Assembly: GCA_964016885.1 (NCBI GenBank)
Contig: OZ024741.1
Coordinates: 107,260,001 to 107,324,000, forward strand
DNA: 64,000 nucleotides
Reading direction: 5' to 3'
From: Eledone cirrhosa
Lineage: Eukaryota
Positions 17,006 to 30,392 of this stretch are shown here, piece by piece. Under the pieces are notes generated by a model. It worked only from the letters and a program-made list of their open reading frames with translations. It ran no database searches and had not been told where the DNA came from. Position numbers and translations under genes: made by a program. Positions within the stretch are counted from its first letter, which is position 1; every line of letters starts with the position of its first letter.

Positions 17006-18343
17006 GTCTACTTTAGATAAATATCCCTAAACATTAATTTTATTTATTAAATAAATATTTTCCGAAAAAAAAAAAGTTTTCAATAGGAATAATGACAGGA
17101 GCTTGACAGATACCTTCTCTACACATGAGAAGAAAAAGAAAAAAAAAAATAGAAGGCAACTAAACAAAAATAAAAATAAAAATAAAAGAAAAAAACAAAA
17201 TGAAAAAGTATATTTTTTAATATAAGAATTAAAATGACGCCGGGTGGACGGGTGCATATAAGTATGAATACTTAGATAGAATTATATATTTTGATATAGT
17301 AGAAAGGCATCGGCTCATTTAACAGCAAATAGTAATCTAATTAGCTGACACTCCTATAACAATGTATGACCCATCTTCCTTACTCAAACAAAGAACTGTT
17401 GTCATGCAAATAAAAACAGTCAAGCGATTCACGCAATTGAACATGTTGTATACATAGCTTTATATAGATTTAAAAGCACACACAGGACGACGTATATCCA
17501 CAGTTGCCACATGCGTACGTATATGTATGTAGGTTTGTATGCATGTGTGTATGTATGCACGTATGTATGTATTTATATAAGTATGTATGTATGAATATAT
17601 ATATTTTATGTGTGTGTATATATATATATATATTTACTTAAACACACATATTAGTATATTAATTGTTTCTACTTTTGGCATTAATGCCATGATGTTTGTT
17701 AATTGATAAATAACAGCAATCATTTACTGACGAAAGGACTCATTACTAGATTTAGAGCATTACACACACACAAATACACAGATACTTAAGCACACAAACA
17801 CACACACACATATATGGTAACTATACCCATATTTTTGTCGAGTACGGATTTTATAGATTCATTCAATCCCTTCGTTTATATACCTATACATTGATTACAA
17901 CTCCAACTAATTTCAGTTAATTATATGCCTTGATTGAAAGAGGTTCATATTTGCCTATTTACCAACCTACAGACATGTGTTTCTTGTATGTGTCTATGTG
18001 GTTGTGTATGTTAAGAGAGAGAGAGAGAGGGAGAGATTGAAGAGGGAAAGAAAGAGTGTGTGTGTGCATTTGTGTGTGAGAGAAAGAGAGAGATAGAATG
18101 TTACTGAACGTACATCGGAAGACTTTTCTGTCATTGGGAACGAGGCATCATTTAAAACACTTGGTAGGCGTCTATTTTGTAAAATATATTATGTTGAAAT
18201 CGTGTAATTAGATTTTAAATGAACCGTGAAACAATTGCTACTGATTCTTAATTGTTGCTCTTTTTACCTATCATAATGTAAAAGAGACATTTGATACTGA
18301 AAAAGATGCTAGGAGACAATTACATGAATATTACGGTAGCCCG

Positions 18344-18386
18344 GAAATAATTGGTTGGCAAACATTGTTTGCCAACCAATTATTTC
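18344..18386. repeat. Perfect 21-bp-arm hairpin with 1-nt loop
   Basis: GAAATAATTGGTTGGCAAACA-T-TGTTTGCCAACCAATTATTTC. Confidence 0.9.
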
Positions 18387-19293
18387 AATAGGAAATTATA
18401 TTGAAGTCGATGTAAAGAACATCGTTATATTTACGTACATTGTAAAGCCGTATTATGTGATAGTGGCCGATCTAGATGAGTTACAGAAATGTATTTTGTT
18501 GTTATTTTGATCAAATCAGTCCTGATCGAACAGATTTATGATCTACTTCATTGTTGCCGAGACTACCAACTTTTTAATTTTAGGCGTAGAAGTTTTTTGA
18601 ATTTTTAAATTTTAATGTGTAATTTCTTTGTTTTAGCCTTCAATAACATTTTTAAAAAACTGCATATAACGTTGCTTCATTACACATTGCTTCCTTTCGC
18701 GCTGTTCCAGTCCATTCGGATGCGAAAAAGATTATCAGCAACTGAAGAATTGTATTTTGCCCACGATAGAGTACTTTGCTGTATGTCGCTATAAATTAGA
18801 GAATCTTAGGAGTGATGAAGGTCTAAGCTAAGGAAGGAGATTCTCTGAATTTTATTAGAGAGAATGTCATAAATTGAGAAATATTTGGCTATTCTATACC
18901 GCCAGTGAGGCCGCGAACTGGGAAAACCATTTGAACGTCGGATAGAATGTTTTGCGGTATTCGTTCCAGCTCTCTGTTCAAATACCGCCAACGTTAAGTT
19001 TGCTCTTCATCATTTTGAGGTCTATAAAAAAAGACCTAGTCAAATACTGGGGTCGATTATAATCTATATAAACGTATATATTAAATATATATAATTCCAT
19101 CAACAATTTTAGATATATCAAATATATATAATTTAAATAGTATATAATATATATATAATATATAATTAATATAATATATAATATATATATAATTTATAAT
19201 ATATATATAATTTATAATATATATAATATATATAATATATATATAATTTATATAATATACAATTTATATATTAAATATATATAATTCCCTCAA

Positions 19294-19480
19294 GGGCGGT
19301 GAATTGGCAGCATCGATAGAGGGTTGGACGCCATGCTTTCTAGCGTAGTTATGTCCCTTTACGGTCTGAGTTCAAATCCGGTCGAGGTTAACTTTGCCTT
19401 TCATCCTTACGGGGTCGATAAAATAAAGTACCAGTAATGCACTGGACATTGCTGGCCTTGTGCCAAAAGTAGAAACAATT
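19294..19480 (+). mobile_element. SINE family A copy
   Basis: Matches 3286-3470. An older decayed copy lies at about 18900-19060. Confidence 0.88.
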
Positions 19481-20088
19481 ATCTATATAAATGTATATAT
19501 TAAATATATATAATTCCCTCATATTTCGCATACAGTCGTGAGCAGGCGCTACCTGTCCTTTAATCAAGTGCAACATCCAGATCCAGGCTGGGGCAATTGC
19601 AAGGAGAAACGACTGAACAAGCACTGGACTGATACTTTCTTTATCGCAGTCAAAAGGTTGAAAAGTTGATAATCAATATGGATTTCCTCGGGATTTGATT
19701 TCGAAACGCTGAGATCTGGAACATGAATCCCAATCTCTAACGATAATACAAATCGACCGCCTTATATACATATACATAATACTTATCATTAACAGTGTAC
19801 TGTTTTATTTGATTGTATAAAACAAATTAACTTTGAAATTTTTATGTCAGATTATAATTTAAAATATGGCATATTTGATAATGGTTTTAAATTATATTTT
19901 CAAATTTATAGATTTCTTTTTTGGCCTCTAGATTTATGTAAGCTATCAATTTCTAATGCATATGTATATAGGTGTGCGTGTGTAAGTATGTATTATCTAA
20001 CTTTCTATACACACACACACATATATATATATATGTATATATATAGACATACATACACTCAAACATGTGCGTGTACATCTATATAATC

Positions 20089-20141
<53 letters not shown>

Positions 20142-20313
20142 TGCAAATGCTCTTCTATGAATGTGAAGCAGTGTCAGATTATACAACTTTTGGATTAAAT
20201 ACCTTTATAGATATATGCTTGTATGCGTGCATGTATAAATGGGTATTTTTTATTCATATAAGGTGTACATGAATATATATATATATATATAATATCTAAA
20301 TATATATTATATA

Positions 20314-20415
<102 letters not shown>

Positions 20416-20906
20416 TACAGATTTATATGTGTATATATATAAAACAGTACTAAATATCGTAAAATAAGTAAATAAATGTTCATTTGTAAATGTGAAAGAA
20501 AAATACACCAACAAATTTCAACAACATAACAGCGCCCTCTCATTGTCTGTTGTCAAATTTAATGGCTTCGTAGACGAAACAAATGTTTGATAATTATTCT
20601 GTTTTATCATCTGTCTTGTCGTGACATATCATTTATCAAATCATGGACTTGAGGCCAAGTGAATGTAAATTTCCAAATGAGGCAGCTTACGATATTTTCC
20701 TTTCTATTTTTGATTTTTTTCTTTTTGACTCACATTTTCACATGCAGCCATTTTGTTCTTTCGGTAGCATTAGACTGAATATGTTTCACTCTGTATATGT
20801 TTCACTCGCTCTCTATCTCTTACTTTCCTATATACATAATTGTGTTTTTATGTAAATAGAAACAGACACACAGATACATATGTATATTTCTACGTGTTTT
20901 ATGAAA

Positions 20907-21037
<131 letters not shown>

Positions 21038-21061
21038 TATGTATATATATATATATATATG

Positions 21062-21117
<56 letters not shown>

Positions 21118-21529
21118 TGTGTGAGAGAGAGAGAGGGACCGGGGAAAACACTAATCATGGGAGTACACAATGCAAGTGGAGATGCAGAGTGGGTAGACAT
21201 ATGTAAAGTTCCGACTGCGGTGCCAAGCGGTTTCAGCTTTCGTGTTTAGCAAATCTTTTTCAAGGGTGTAGTAATATTTGGAGTGTGTGTAAAAATAAGT
21301 CACTTGTCTTGGTCGTGCTTTGGTCGAATTTATGATAGTAGTAGGGAGGGGGAAGATAATGGTAAATGTATCTCGACAGGCAAGTGGCCAAGAGAAGGAA
21401 GTAGGGTGGGTGGCTTTAGGGGTGGTTAGTGGGTAAGAGTGTAGTAGTAGTAGAAGAAGGGGTTAATGGTCATACGAATAAATGTTTGAAAGGTGTATGA
21501 TCTTTTGTTTCAGGACAAGTTTAAATACC

Positions 21530-22862
21530 CAATCCTTTAGTTCTTTTAAATAGGTAGATAATCAAATTGTTGCAGTTTTCGAAGCTCAATCAATCCACGA
21601 TCTCCTTCTTTCCTAGGGAGATATATAATCTGTTTCTATCTGTCTCTGCAGTAACAGTCCTTTTTTATCTTTTCCCTTTTTGTCGAATGTTTGATTCAGT
21701 CTCTGTCACACCTAGATATTTATAACTTTCTTGTTCAAGTTCTTTTATCACTTTGCTCTGATCAACGCAAATGTCCGAGGTTTTCAACAGATTTTCTCTG
21801 ATGAACTTGACTTCGGCGCATTTATCTAGCCGAAACTCCATTTTGATATCATCAACTGATTTATACAGTGGATAATGACCCTTGCAATTGCTCGTCGTTT
21901 TTTTTTACAAATAGCTTCAAATCATACACGTAGAGCTTATGATTTATAGATTTGTCATGAACTCCATATCTCTGTTTTGTTTTATTAAGTATTTTACTTA
22001 AGTGCGATACAAAGCAAAAGCGATGATAAAGAGTTTCCTTGAAAAACTCCAAAAGTATTTTCAACTTCTCCAGTATTTAGAGATTTTTTTCACTGTTCAA
22101 AATGAGTGTTATTTTCTATGATTTCATACTGTATAGCAGGAGCTTCCTGATAATGGGAGATATTTTGAAAATCTCTAAACACTTTTTAATCCAACTGTGG
22201 TAAACGATCAAATGCATTTTTATAATCTATCGAAGCAAATAATAGATATTTGTAAATGTTATGACAATCTTCCAGGATCATGTTCTTAATCAAAAGCTGA
22301 TAAGTACAACCGTATGACTTCGTTTACATCCTGTCTGCTCATTGGTAAATATTTCATTTGATATCAGGTAATATTATGTGTATTCAGTTAGAATTGTTAA
22401 GATTTTATACATTGTGGTCAAGTAAGTTATCGGTCTATAATGGTTTTAGATTAATTGTTGCCGCTAGCTTTTTTGGCTCTTTGAAAATTTCATTATAAAA
22501 TTGGCTTAAGAGCTTATGAGAATCTGTGAAAGCATGTACCCCCAGAATTAGCTCTTTTCTCTTTTACTGGAGATTTCCATTTGCTAGATTTTTCTAAGAG
22601 GTGGACGCAGCTATCCAACTGCTCTACCTTCCCATTTTTGTTCTTCAAAGTGAGATATATCTGCTATTTGTCTATCTATCCATGAAGTATATACATTATG
22701 ATCTTCCTCTTCACCCAGATTTTTCTCCAAAATTCTTGCACTTCTTCCTTGGATGGTATTGATTTAACAGTCATTGTTGACTTACCAATTTTTCTGTAAG
22801 AAGTTCTTGGATTACTTTCGAACATATTAGTGTCCTTATACAATCTGGAAGGTTTTTAAATT
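21530..22862 (-). mobile_element. Old degraded R4/Dong-like LINE fragment
   Basis: The minus strand gives remnants such as DIKMEFRLDKCAEV, INHKLYVYDLKLF and YKYLGV. It ends at (TAT)n 22866-22911. Confidence 0.7.
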
Positions 22863-22875
22863 ACCTTATTATTAC

Positions 22876-22911
<36 letters not shown>

Positions 22912-22912
<1 letters not shown>

Positions 22913-23177
22913 GCCGTCCAACAGCATCGTCGGGCGCTTGACGGACGGACCAGTTAAATTACTCGGGTTTGGTTTGGAACGGACCTCTAGATAGACAAAA
23001 CGTGAGACGAGGTAACGTGCAAGGTGGCTTCTTTCACCTGGAAATGGGCTGAGAGGAAGCTATCCTTGAAAGGCCGAGCTGAGGTGGCGAACACGTACAC
23101 CGCGTCCTTCATTTAATACCGCCTGGCCATCGTGCCTTGTTCTAGCCCACGTCTGATTGCACTGGAGCATCTACTCT
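22912..23177 (+). mobile_element. Tx1-like LINE internal fragment
   Basis: Aligns with 4792-5059 (GCCGTCCAACAGC..., GAGGTGGCGAA...). Confidence 0.85.
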
Positions 23178-23531
23178 TTGGCAGTATCGGTAGAGCGTCA
23201 GACAACATGCTTTGTGGCTTAGAGTCACGTCCCTTTACGTTCTGAGTTCAAATTCTTCCGAGGTTAGTTTTGCCTTTCATCCTTACGGGGTCGATAAAAT
23301 AAAGTACCAGTCACGCACTGGAGTCGATTTAATCGACTTTCCCTTCCCCAAAAATTGCTGGCTTTGTGCCTATATAAGAAATTGGCAGTATCAGTAGTTA
23401 CGTCCCTTTACGATCTGAGTTCAAATCCCGCCGAGGTTGACTTTGCCTTTCATCCTTACGGGGTCGATAAAATAAAGTACCAGTAATGCACTGGGTTATT
23501 GCTGGCCTTGTGCCTAAAGTAGAAACAATTA
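23178..23531 (+). mobile_element. Two tandem SINE family A copies (long-tail variant, then an internally deleted copy)
   Basis: 23178-23380 has the extra GTCGATTTAATCGACTTTCCC segment. 23381-23531 lacks part of the head. Confidence 0.85.
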
Positions 23532-23828
23532 TTTTTGTGTTTTTCCTCTCCCCTTAGTTTTTTTTCCATTTCTTGCCGAGTGTCTTCTCGACACCTAGTG
23601 CAGAGAAACTCCCTGTATTCATAGATTACCCACAAAAATTAACACACCAGATTGTTCGCGTCACGCAGTTACAAGTATATAATGTGCTTTATACATTTTT
23701 AAAATCATATTTACATCACAATGATATTTAATCATATAACAGTGCTCGATTATACACATCTTACATAATTATGGAATATAATCAAATAAAGTTATGTAAA
23801 AATTCTTATTCTTATTATTTTTATTAAC

Positions 23829-24476
23829 GGTGGATTGGCAGTATCGGTAGAGGGTCGGATGCTATGCTTTGACGCATAGAGTTACGGCCCTTGCCATTCT
23901 GAGTTCAAATCCCGCCGAGGTTAACTTTGCCTTTGATCCTTACGAGGTCGATAAAATAAAGTACCAGTAATGCGCTGGTAATTTGCTGGCCTTGTGCCAA
24001 AAGTATAAACAAATTATTTTTATTAACGGTGGTGGATTGGCAGTATCGGTGGAGGGTCGGACACCATGCTTTGCAGCATAGAGTTACGGCCCTTTACGGT
24101 TTGAGTTCAAATTCCGCCGAGGTTACCTTTTGCCTTTCATCCTTACGGGGTCGATAAAATAAAGTACCAGTCACGCACTGGGGTCGATTTAATCGACTTT
24201 CTCCTCCCCCAAAATTGCTGGCCTTGTGCCTATATAAGAAACCATTATTATTTTTATTAACGGTGGTGGATTGGCAACATCGGTGAAGGGCTGAACGCCA
24301 TGCTTTGCAGCATAGAGTTACGACCCTTTACGGTATGAGCTGAAATTCCGCCGAGGTTAACTATGCCTTTCATCCGTACGAGGTCGATAAAATAAAGCAC
24401 CAGTAATGCACTGGGAACGATTTAATCGACTTTTCCCTCCCCCAAATTGCTGGCCAAACGTAGAAACAATTATTAT
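23829..24476 (+). mobile_element. Three head-to-tail SINE family A copies
   Basis: Copies at 23829-24012, 24028-24246 and 24262-24476, each preceded by ATTATTTTTATTAAC. Confidence 0.9.
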
Positions 24477-24803
24477 GACACAATTATTATTCACTGGCGA
24501 ATTCATCTACGTATCCACTATGTTAGAGCGAAAACAAATTTTGTTTATATATATATATATATACACACACACGCGCACAAACACACACACACACACACAC
24601 AAACACACAAACACACACGTATATATATATATATTCACGCACACGCACATACGCACATGCAAATATATATAATACACACATAATACATACATATATTAGT
24701 ACTATTTCATTGTACTGAACAACTGAACATAGTGAATAATTTGATGAAATCTATTGTTTTCTTGAAAATTGAGCTTGTCTGGCGATAGTACTCATTATAT
24801 AAG

Positions 24804-24872
<69 letters not shown>

Positions 24873-25089
24873 TTGTGTGTGTGTGTATGTTTATGTGTGT
24901 ATGTGTGTGTGTGTTTGTACCTAGAATCTTTTCAAAAAGCGTTACTTACATTTTCATATAAGCACGAGCAGAGAGTATGTATTACATTCCTGAGAGAATA
25001 AAATAATCATTCTTCGAGCTTATAATTCATTGAACGTAATTTGTCTGCCATTCAAGTAATACTTTATTTTGATATGTTGTCGCATGGCA

Positions 25090-25146
<57 letters not shown>

Positions 25147-25719
25147 TTAACTTGGTATTTTAATTTTATATATATATATATAGCCTTTAACTCCGTTTTT
25201 TAATTTGATATATATATATATATATAGTCTTTAACTCCGTTTTTTTAATTTGATATATATATATATAACCTGTACCTCCAGGGTGAACTTATCTATAGAA
25301 TTCTTTCCGCCTTTGTTATTCTAAATATACTTTTTAAAGAATCCCCTTTCTTTAACCCCATCAACCAATGACCTCCACCCATCCCAATCAGCACCTTCTC
25401 CTACCAACAGAAAAGATATAAATACCACCACATCACTTGGACAGTCGGCTTCCTGGTGATTCCTCCCGAATGAAACAGTTCTAGTCCTGTAGAAGCCCTT
25501 TTTTATATTATAATATATATATAGTCTTTAACTCCGTTTTTTAATTTAATATACATAAATATATATATAATTGGTGTGGGATGCTTAAAGCGTCCGTATG
25601 CGGTAGGCCGTTTGAGAACTCGATGCTCTTACAGAAAGAACGGTTACATAAGAAACGGAGAATCATTGGTGCGACGAATTAGAATTTATTAGACATATTA
25701 CAATCGTTTCTCTGGCAAA

Positions 25720-26180
25720 CCACCCTCGAATGTACGATTGTTTTATTCGCCTTAATCCTAAGGAGTGAGGGCAAACACCTTCCTCCCCGAGCAACAACTC
25801 ATCCACTTCTTTAAATCTCACTTCAGAAGGAAGGTGAGAGTGGAGAAAGAGGTGCTACACCCCCATAAATTCGCTGAAAGGTGGGTGAATGTGGTGAAAA
25901 TGGTCCGAATGAATGAGCCTTCTCTGTATATAAACCTGTAGGTTGAGGAAGACAAAAAGAGAGAAGACAGGAACACCTACAAAACGTGCTCCTGATATTG
26001 AGGGTTGTTCTATCTACGGGGTGTAAAACAACCACACAGTTATTTTTTTAATATATAGTTTATTGTTATTCATTAATGTTAAAGTTTATACAATTCCATG
26101 CAAAACCCCCACCGTCACGTCTTGTAATGTTCCATTTCTTGTACGCACTTGTGGCAAATAAAGAAAAATCTCTATCTATC
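25720..26180 (+). mobile_element. Tx1-like LINE 3' end, same subfamily as 34205-39622
   Basis: Closely similar to 39200-39630 (CACTTCAGAAGGAAGGT...GAGCCTTCTCTGTATATAAACCTGTAGGTTGAGG...AATAAAGAAA plus TCTA tail). Confidence 0.88.
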
Positions 26181-26559
26181 TGTGTCACTCTGTCTACTTT
26201 CCACTTAGTTTATCTAGCTGTTTGTGTTTTGAAGTTAATCTATTTATTTTCTTATTTTCCATTGTATCTGTCTTGGGGCAATCATAACTATGACAACAAC
26301 AACGCACGATTCCTCAAATGGAGTCCGATGATAGACAGATACATTGGTTGAACAATGTCATCATAATTTAATGTCTATAGGTTTCATAAGGATTAAAGAA
26401 AATATGGCAGGGCATTAAAGTAATTGGTTGAAATGAATGTAAAATTAAATAGTGCGATGGCCAGAGTAACAGGAGTGACGATGAGGAGGCCAAGTAAAAT
26501 TGAGGATTCAAACATCATTACATAGATTGTTGTGTTGTAATGAAGGAATCAATAAATAT

Positions 26560-27140
26560 AATGGACTCTGATTTAGGCACAATACAAACATTTTTCTGGG
26601 AGAGGAAAGTCGATTTAATCGAGCCCATGCGTTTCTGATAGTTCCTTTTATCGACTCCTTAAAGCTGAAAGGTAGAGCTATAGGCACATGGCCAGCAATT
26701 TTAGGTGAGGGGAAGGTCGATAAAATCTACCCTACTGCATTACTAGTACTTTATATTATCGACTCCGTAAGGATGAAAGGCAAAGCTAACCACGGCGTGA
26801 TATGAACTCTGAACGTGAAGGGCCGTAACTCTATGCCGCAAAGCATGTTGTCCGATGCACTACCAATACTGCCAATCCATAAGCCCCGGCGATGTCTTCT
26901 TTCTTTTACTAAATGAAAAGCCCACGTTGTGTTGTCTTTGTCCTGGTATTGTCTCCAATAACTTAGACCCGTGTGGCCAATGAAAGAAATCATTATACGC
27001 CAAAGAGTTCTAATACCGCCGAGATTAGCTCTGCCTTTCAACCTTACGGGGTTGATAAAAGAAACTATCACAAACGCATGGGGTCGATTTAATCGTCTTT
27101 CCTCTTGTTGGCCTTGTGCCTAAATCAGAATCCATTAAAA
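26560..27140. mobile_element. Cluster of decayed SINE family A pieces (two minus, one plus) and a Tx1 3'-tail stub
   Basis: Reverse-complement SINE motifs at 26570-26880, GTGGCCAATGAAAGAAATCATTAT at about 26973, and a plus-strand SINE 3' half at 27015-27135. Confidence 0.7.
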
Positions 27141-27316
27141 ACAGTAGTAGCAGCAGCAACAGCAGCAGTAGTAGTAGTAGTAGTAGTAGTAGGAGCAGCA
27201 GTAGCAGCAACAGCAGTAGCAGCAGCAGCAGCAGTAGTAGCAGTAGTAGTAGTAGTAGTAGTAGTAGGAGCAGCAGTAGCAGCGACAGCAGTAGCAGCAG
27301 CAGCAGTAGAAGCAGC

Positions 27317-27382
<66 letters not shown>

Positions 27383-27421
27383 AGTAGTTGTGGTAGTAGT
27401 GGCAGTATTAGTAGTAGTTCT

Positions 27422-27606
27422 GGGTGGTGGATTGGCAGTATCGGTGGAGGGTCGGACGCCATGCTTTCCAGCATAGTTACGTCCCTTTACGATCTGAGTT
27501 CAAATCCCGCCGAGGTTGACTTTGCCTTTCATCCTTACGGGGTCGATAAAATAAAGTACCAGTAATGCACTGGGTAATTGCTGGCCTTGTGCCAAAAGTA
27601 GAAACA
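27422..27606 (+). mobile_element. SINE family A copy with 18-bp TSD
   Basis: AGTATTAGTAGTAGTTCT at 27404-27421 and 27607-27624, inside a (TAG)n/(CAG)n tract. Confidence 0.92.
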
Positions 27607-27640
27607 AGTATTAGTAGTAGTTCTAGCAGCAGTAACAGTC

Positions 27641-27694
<54 letters not shown>

Positions 27695-27779
27695 TCTGCC
27701 GTTGTTTACGTCACAAACTGCCAGTGCCTTAATCTCCATAAACAGCACCTTCTGTCAGCTTTTGGTTTTTTTGTGGTTT

Positions 27780-28960
27780 GTTGCCGTTGCTGCTTTTGTT
27801 GTTGTTGGCAGTGGTGGTGGTGGTGGTGCTGGTATTGTTGGTAATAGTTATGGTGGTGGTAGTGGTGGAAATAATGGTGGTAGCATTGATGGTGGTATTA
27901 GTGGTAGTAGTGGTGATGATAGCTGTAGTGGTAGTTGCGGTAATAGTGGTAGTAGCTGTGAGGGTGGTGATAGTGGCGGAAGTGGTGGTAAAAGTGGTGG
28001 TAAAAGTGGTGGTATTGGTGGTAGTAGTGGTGATGATAGCTGTAGTGGTAGTTGCTGTAATAGTGGTAGTAGCTGTGAGGGTGGTGATAGTGGCGGAAGT
28101 GGTGGTAATAATTCTGGTAGTTGTAGAGGTTGAAGTTGTGGTAATAGTGTTGTTGTTAGTGGTGGTATTAATGTTTGTTGTAGTGGTGGTGGCAGTAGTG
28201 GTGGTATTGGTGGTATTAATGGTTGTTGTAGTGGTGGTAGTAGCAATGGTGGTGGTGGCAGTAGTGGTGGTATTGGTGGTATTAATGGTTGTTGTAGTGG
28301 TGGTAGTAGTAATGGTGGTGGTGGCAGTAGTGGTGGCATTGGTGGTATTAATGGTTGTTGTAGTAGTGGTGATGATAATGTTGATGGTTATAGTAGTGGT
28401 AGTAGTGGTGGTGGTAAAACTGGAGGTGGTGATGTTGTTGTCTTTAGTTGTGGTTGTGATGCACTTTCTCCTATTTTTGTTGTAGCTGCACTCAATGCTG
28501 CTATTGTTATTGTTGTTGTTATTGTTGCTAATGTTTTTGTTGTTATTATTGTTATTGTTGTTATTGCTATTGTTGTTATTATTGTCATTGTTACTGTTAT
28601 AGTTGTTGTTATTGTTATTGTTGCTGTTATTGTTATGGTTGTTATTGTTATTGTTCATTTTTTTGTTTTTGTTATTGCTATTGTTGTTAAAGTTTTTGTA
28701 GTTTTTATTGTTATTGTCGCTAATGTGTTTCTTGTTGTTATTGTTGTTAATGCTTTTGTTGTTATTGTTAATGTTGTTGTTATGGTTATTGTTGTTCTTG
28801 TTTTAATCCTTATTACTGTCATTGTTTTTAATTATTGTTGATATTGTTATTGCTATTATTATTGTTGTTGTTTTAATTATTGCTGTACTTTAGATTGCGG
28901 TTGTTATAGTTGTTAATATTGTTGTTGTTGCTAACATTATAATTGTTATTGTTGTTGTTA
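27780..28960. repeat. GGT/TAG/TTG cryptic trinucleotide tract with 120-bp and 66-bp higher-order repeats
   Basis: 27891-27990 recurs at 28011-28108. There is a 66-bp period across 28200-28365. Confidence 0.85.
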
Positions 28961-29374
28961 TCTCCCCTATCTGTTCTTCATTCACCAATTCTCAAAATCC
29001 AAAGCAACTCCACCACCGTCTCCTCCAAACTACCCCTGCCACTGATTTACTCTCCCCACCAGACAACACCCCACATTCAGTACCCTACTCCCCTCCACCA
29101 CCTTACGCATTCTCCATCACCCTCCAACGCCTTCTCCATCACCCTTCCTCCCTTCTCCATCACCACACACCGCCTGCTAATGTTCTTTCACCCGTTCATT
29201 ACATTACCCTCCGTCTCTTCTCTAACCCTTCCTCTCACTCACCCTCTCCTTAGGTCCTTTTTATACCAACACCTAACTAACCACACCCTTTATTTATTTT
29301 TTCACCCCATAAAATCTATGACCACCCCACCTCTTTCAACCATTTAAAACATCTCTGATTCTCACTTTCATTAT

Positions 29375-29544
29375 ATCGGTAGAGGGTCGGACGCCATGCT
29401 TTGACGCATAGAGTTACGGCCCTTGCCATTCTGAGTTCAAATCCCGCCGAGATTCACTTTGCCTATCATCTTTACGGGGTCGAATAAATAAAGTACCAGT
29501 AATGTACTGGTTAATATTGGCCTTGTGCCAGAAGTAGAAACAAT
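29375..29544 (+). mobile_element. SINE family A copy, 5'-truncated
   Basis: Matches family A from TATCGGTAGAGGGTCGG to GTAGAAACAATT. Confidence 0.87.
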
Positions 29545-29889
29545 TCTTTCTTTCTCTCTATCTCTCCCTCTGCTTATGTTTCTTTCTCTTTCCCTCTTCC
29601 TTTTCGTTTCTATCCCCCTCTGCCCCCCCCCCCTCTCTCCTTCTCTGGATCTGTCTCTGTATGTCTCTCTGTCTCTCTCTCTATGTGTTTCTCTCTCTGC
29701 TTCCTCTCTCTTTTGTGCATTTCTCTTTCTCTGTCTTGCTGATATTTCACTCACTTCTTCCTTTCTCTCTCCCTGGTCTATCAGAGAAGAGAAGAGAAGA
29801 GAGAGAGAGAGAGAGATATTTCTTTCTCTCTCTCTCCCTCGCTCTCTCTCTCTCTTTCTCCCTCTAGCTTATTCTGGCAATGAGTGAAC

Positions 29890-30392
29890 AGTGGGGTAGC
29901 AATGTGGTGGCAGTATGATGGCAGTGTAATGGCAGTGTGGGGAAAATGGGATAGCAGTGTGGCGACAATGGAGTGGTAGTGTGGAGGCTCTGTGGCGGCA
30001 GTGTGGTGACGGTATCCTGTCAGTGTGGTTGTAGTTTGGTGGCAATGTAATAACTGTGTGGTGACTGTTTTGTGACAGTATAGTAGCAGTGTGGTGGTAG
30101 TGTGATCGCAGTGTAGCAGCAGTGTATTCTCAGTGTAGTGGTAATGTAGCAGTAGTTTGGTGACAGTATATTGTCAGTGTTGTTGTAGTTGGTTGGCTGT
30201 GTGGCGGCAGTGTAGTGGCGATGTAGTATCAGTTTGGTGGCAATGTAGCAGCAGTTTGGTGACAGTGTATTGGCAGTGTGGTGGGAATGTGGTGATAATG
30301 TAGTATAAGTGTGATGGTTATGTAGTAGTAGTAGTGCGACGGAGCCATTGTGTTGGCAGTATAGTGACAGTATTATGGCAGTGTGGTGGCAC
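29890..30392. repeat. Degenerate GTGGCAGTGT-type minisatellite
   Basis: Recurrent GGCAGTGTGGT / GTAGCAGT units. Confidence 0.75.

Noticed and set aside
23812-25550. CRISPR-like repeat/spacer appearance
   Set aside because: Eukaryotic context. The 'spacers' are SINE copies or TA runs, and there are no cas genes.
27702-28841. Long Thr/Asn-, Val-, Pro- and Gly-rich ORFs (up to 309 aa, mucin-like)
   Set aside because: Open in several frames on both strands because of cryptic trinucleotide repeats, with no splice or domain evidence.
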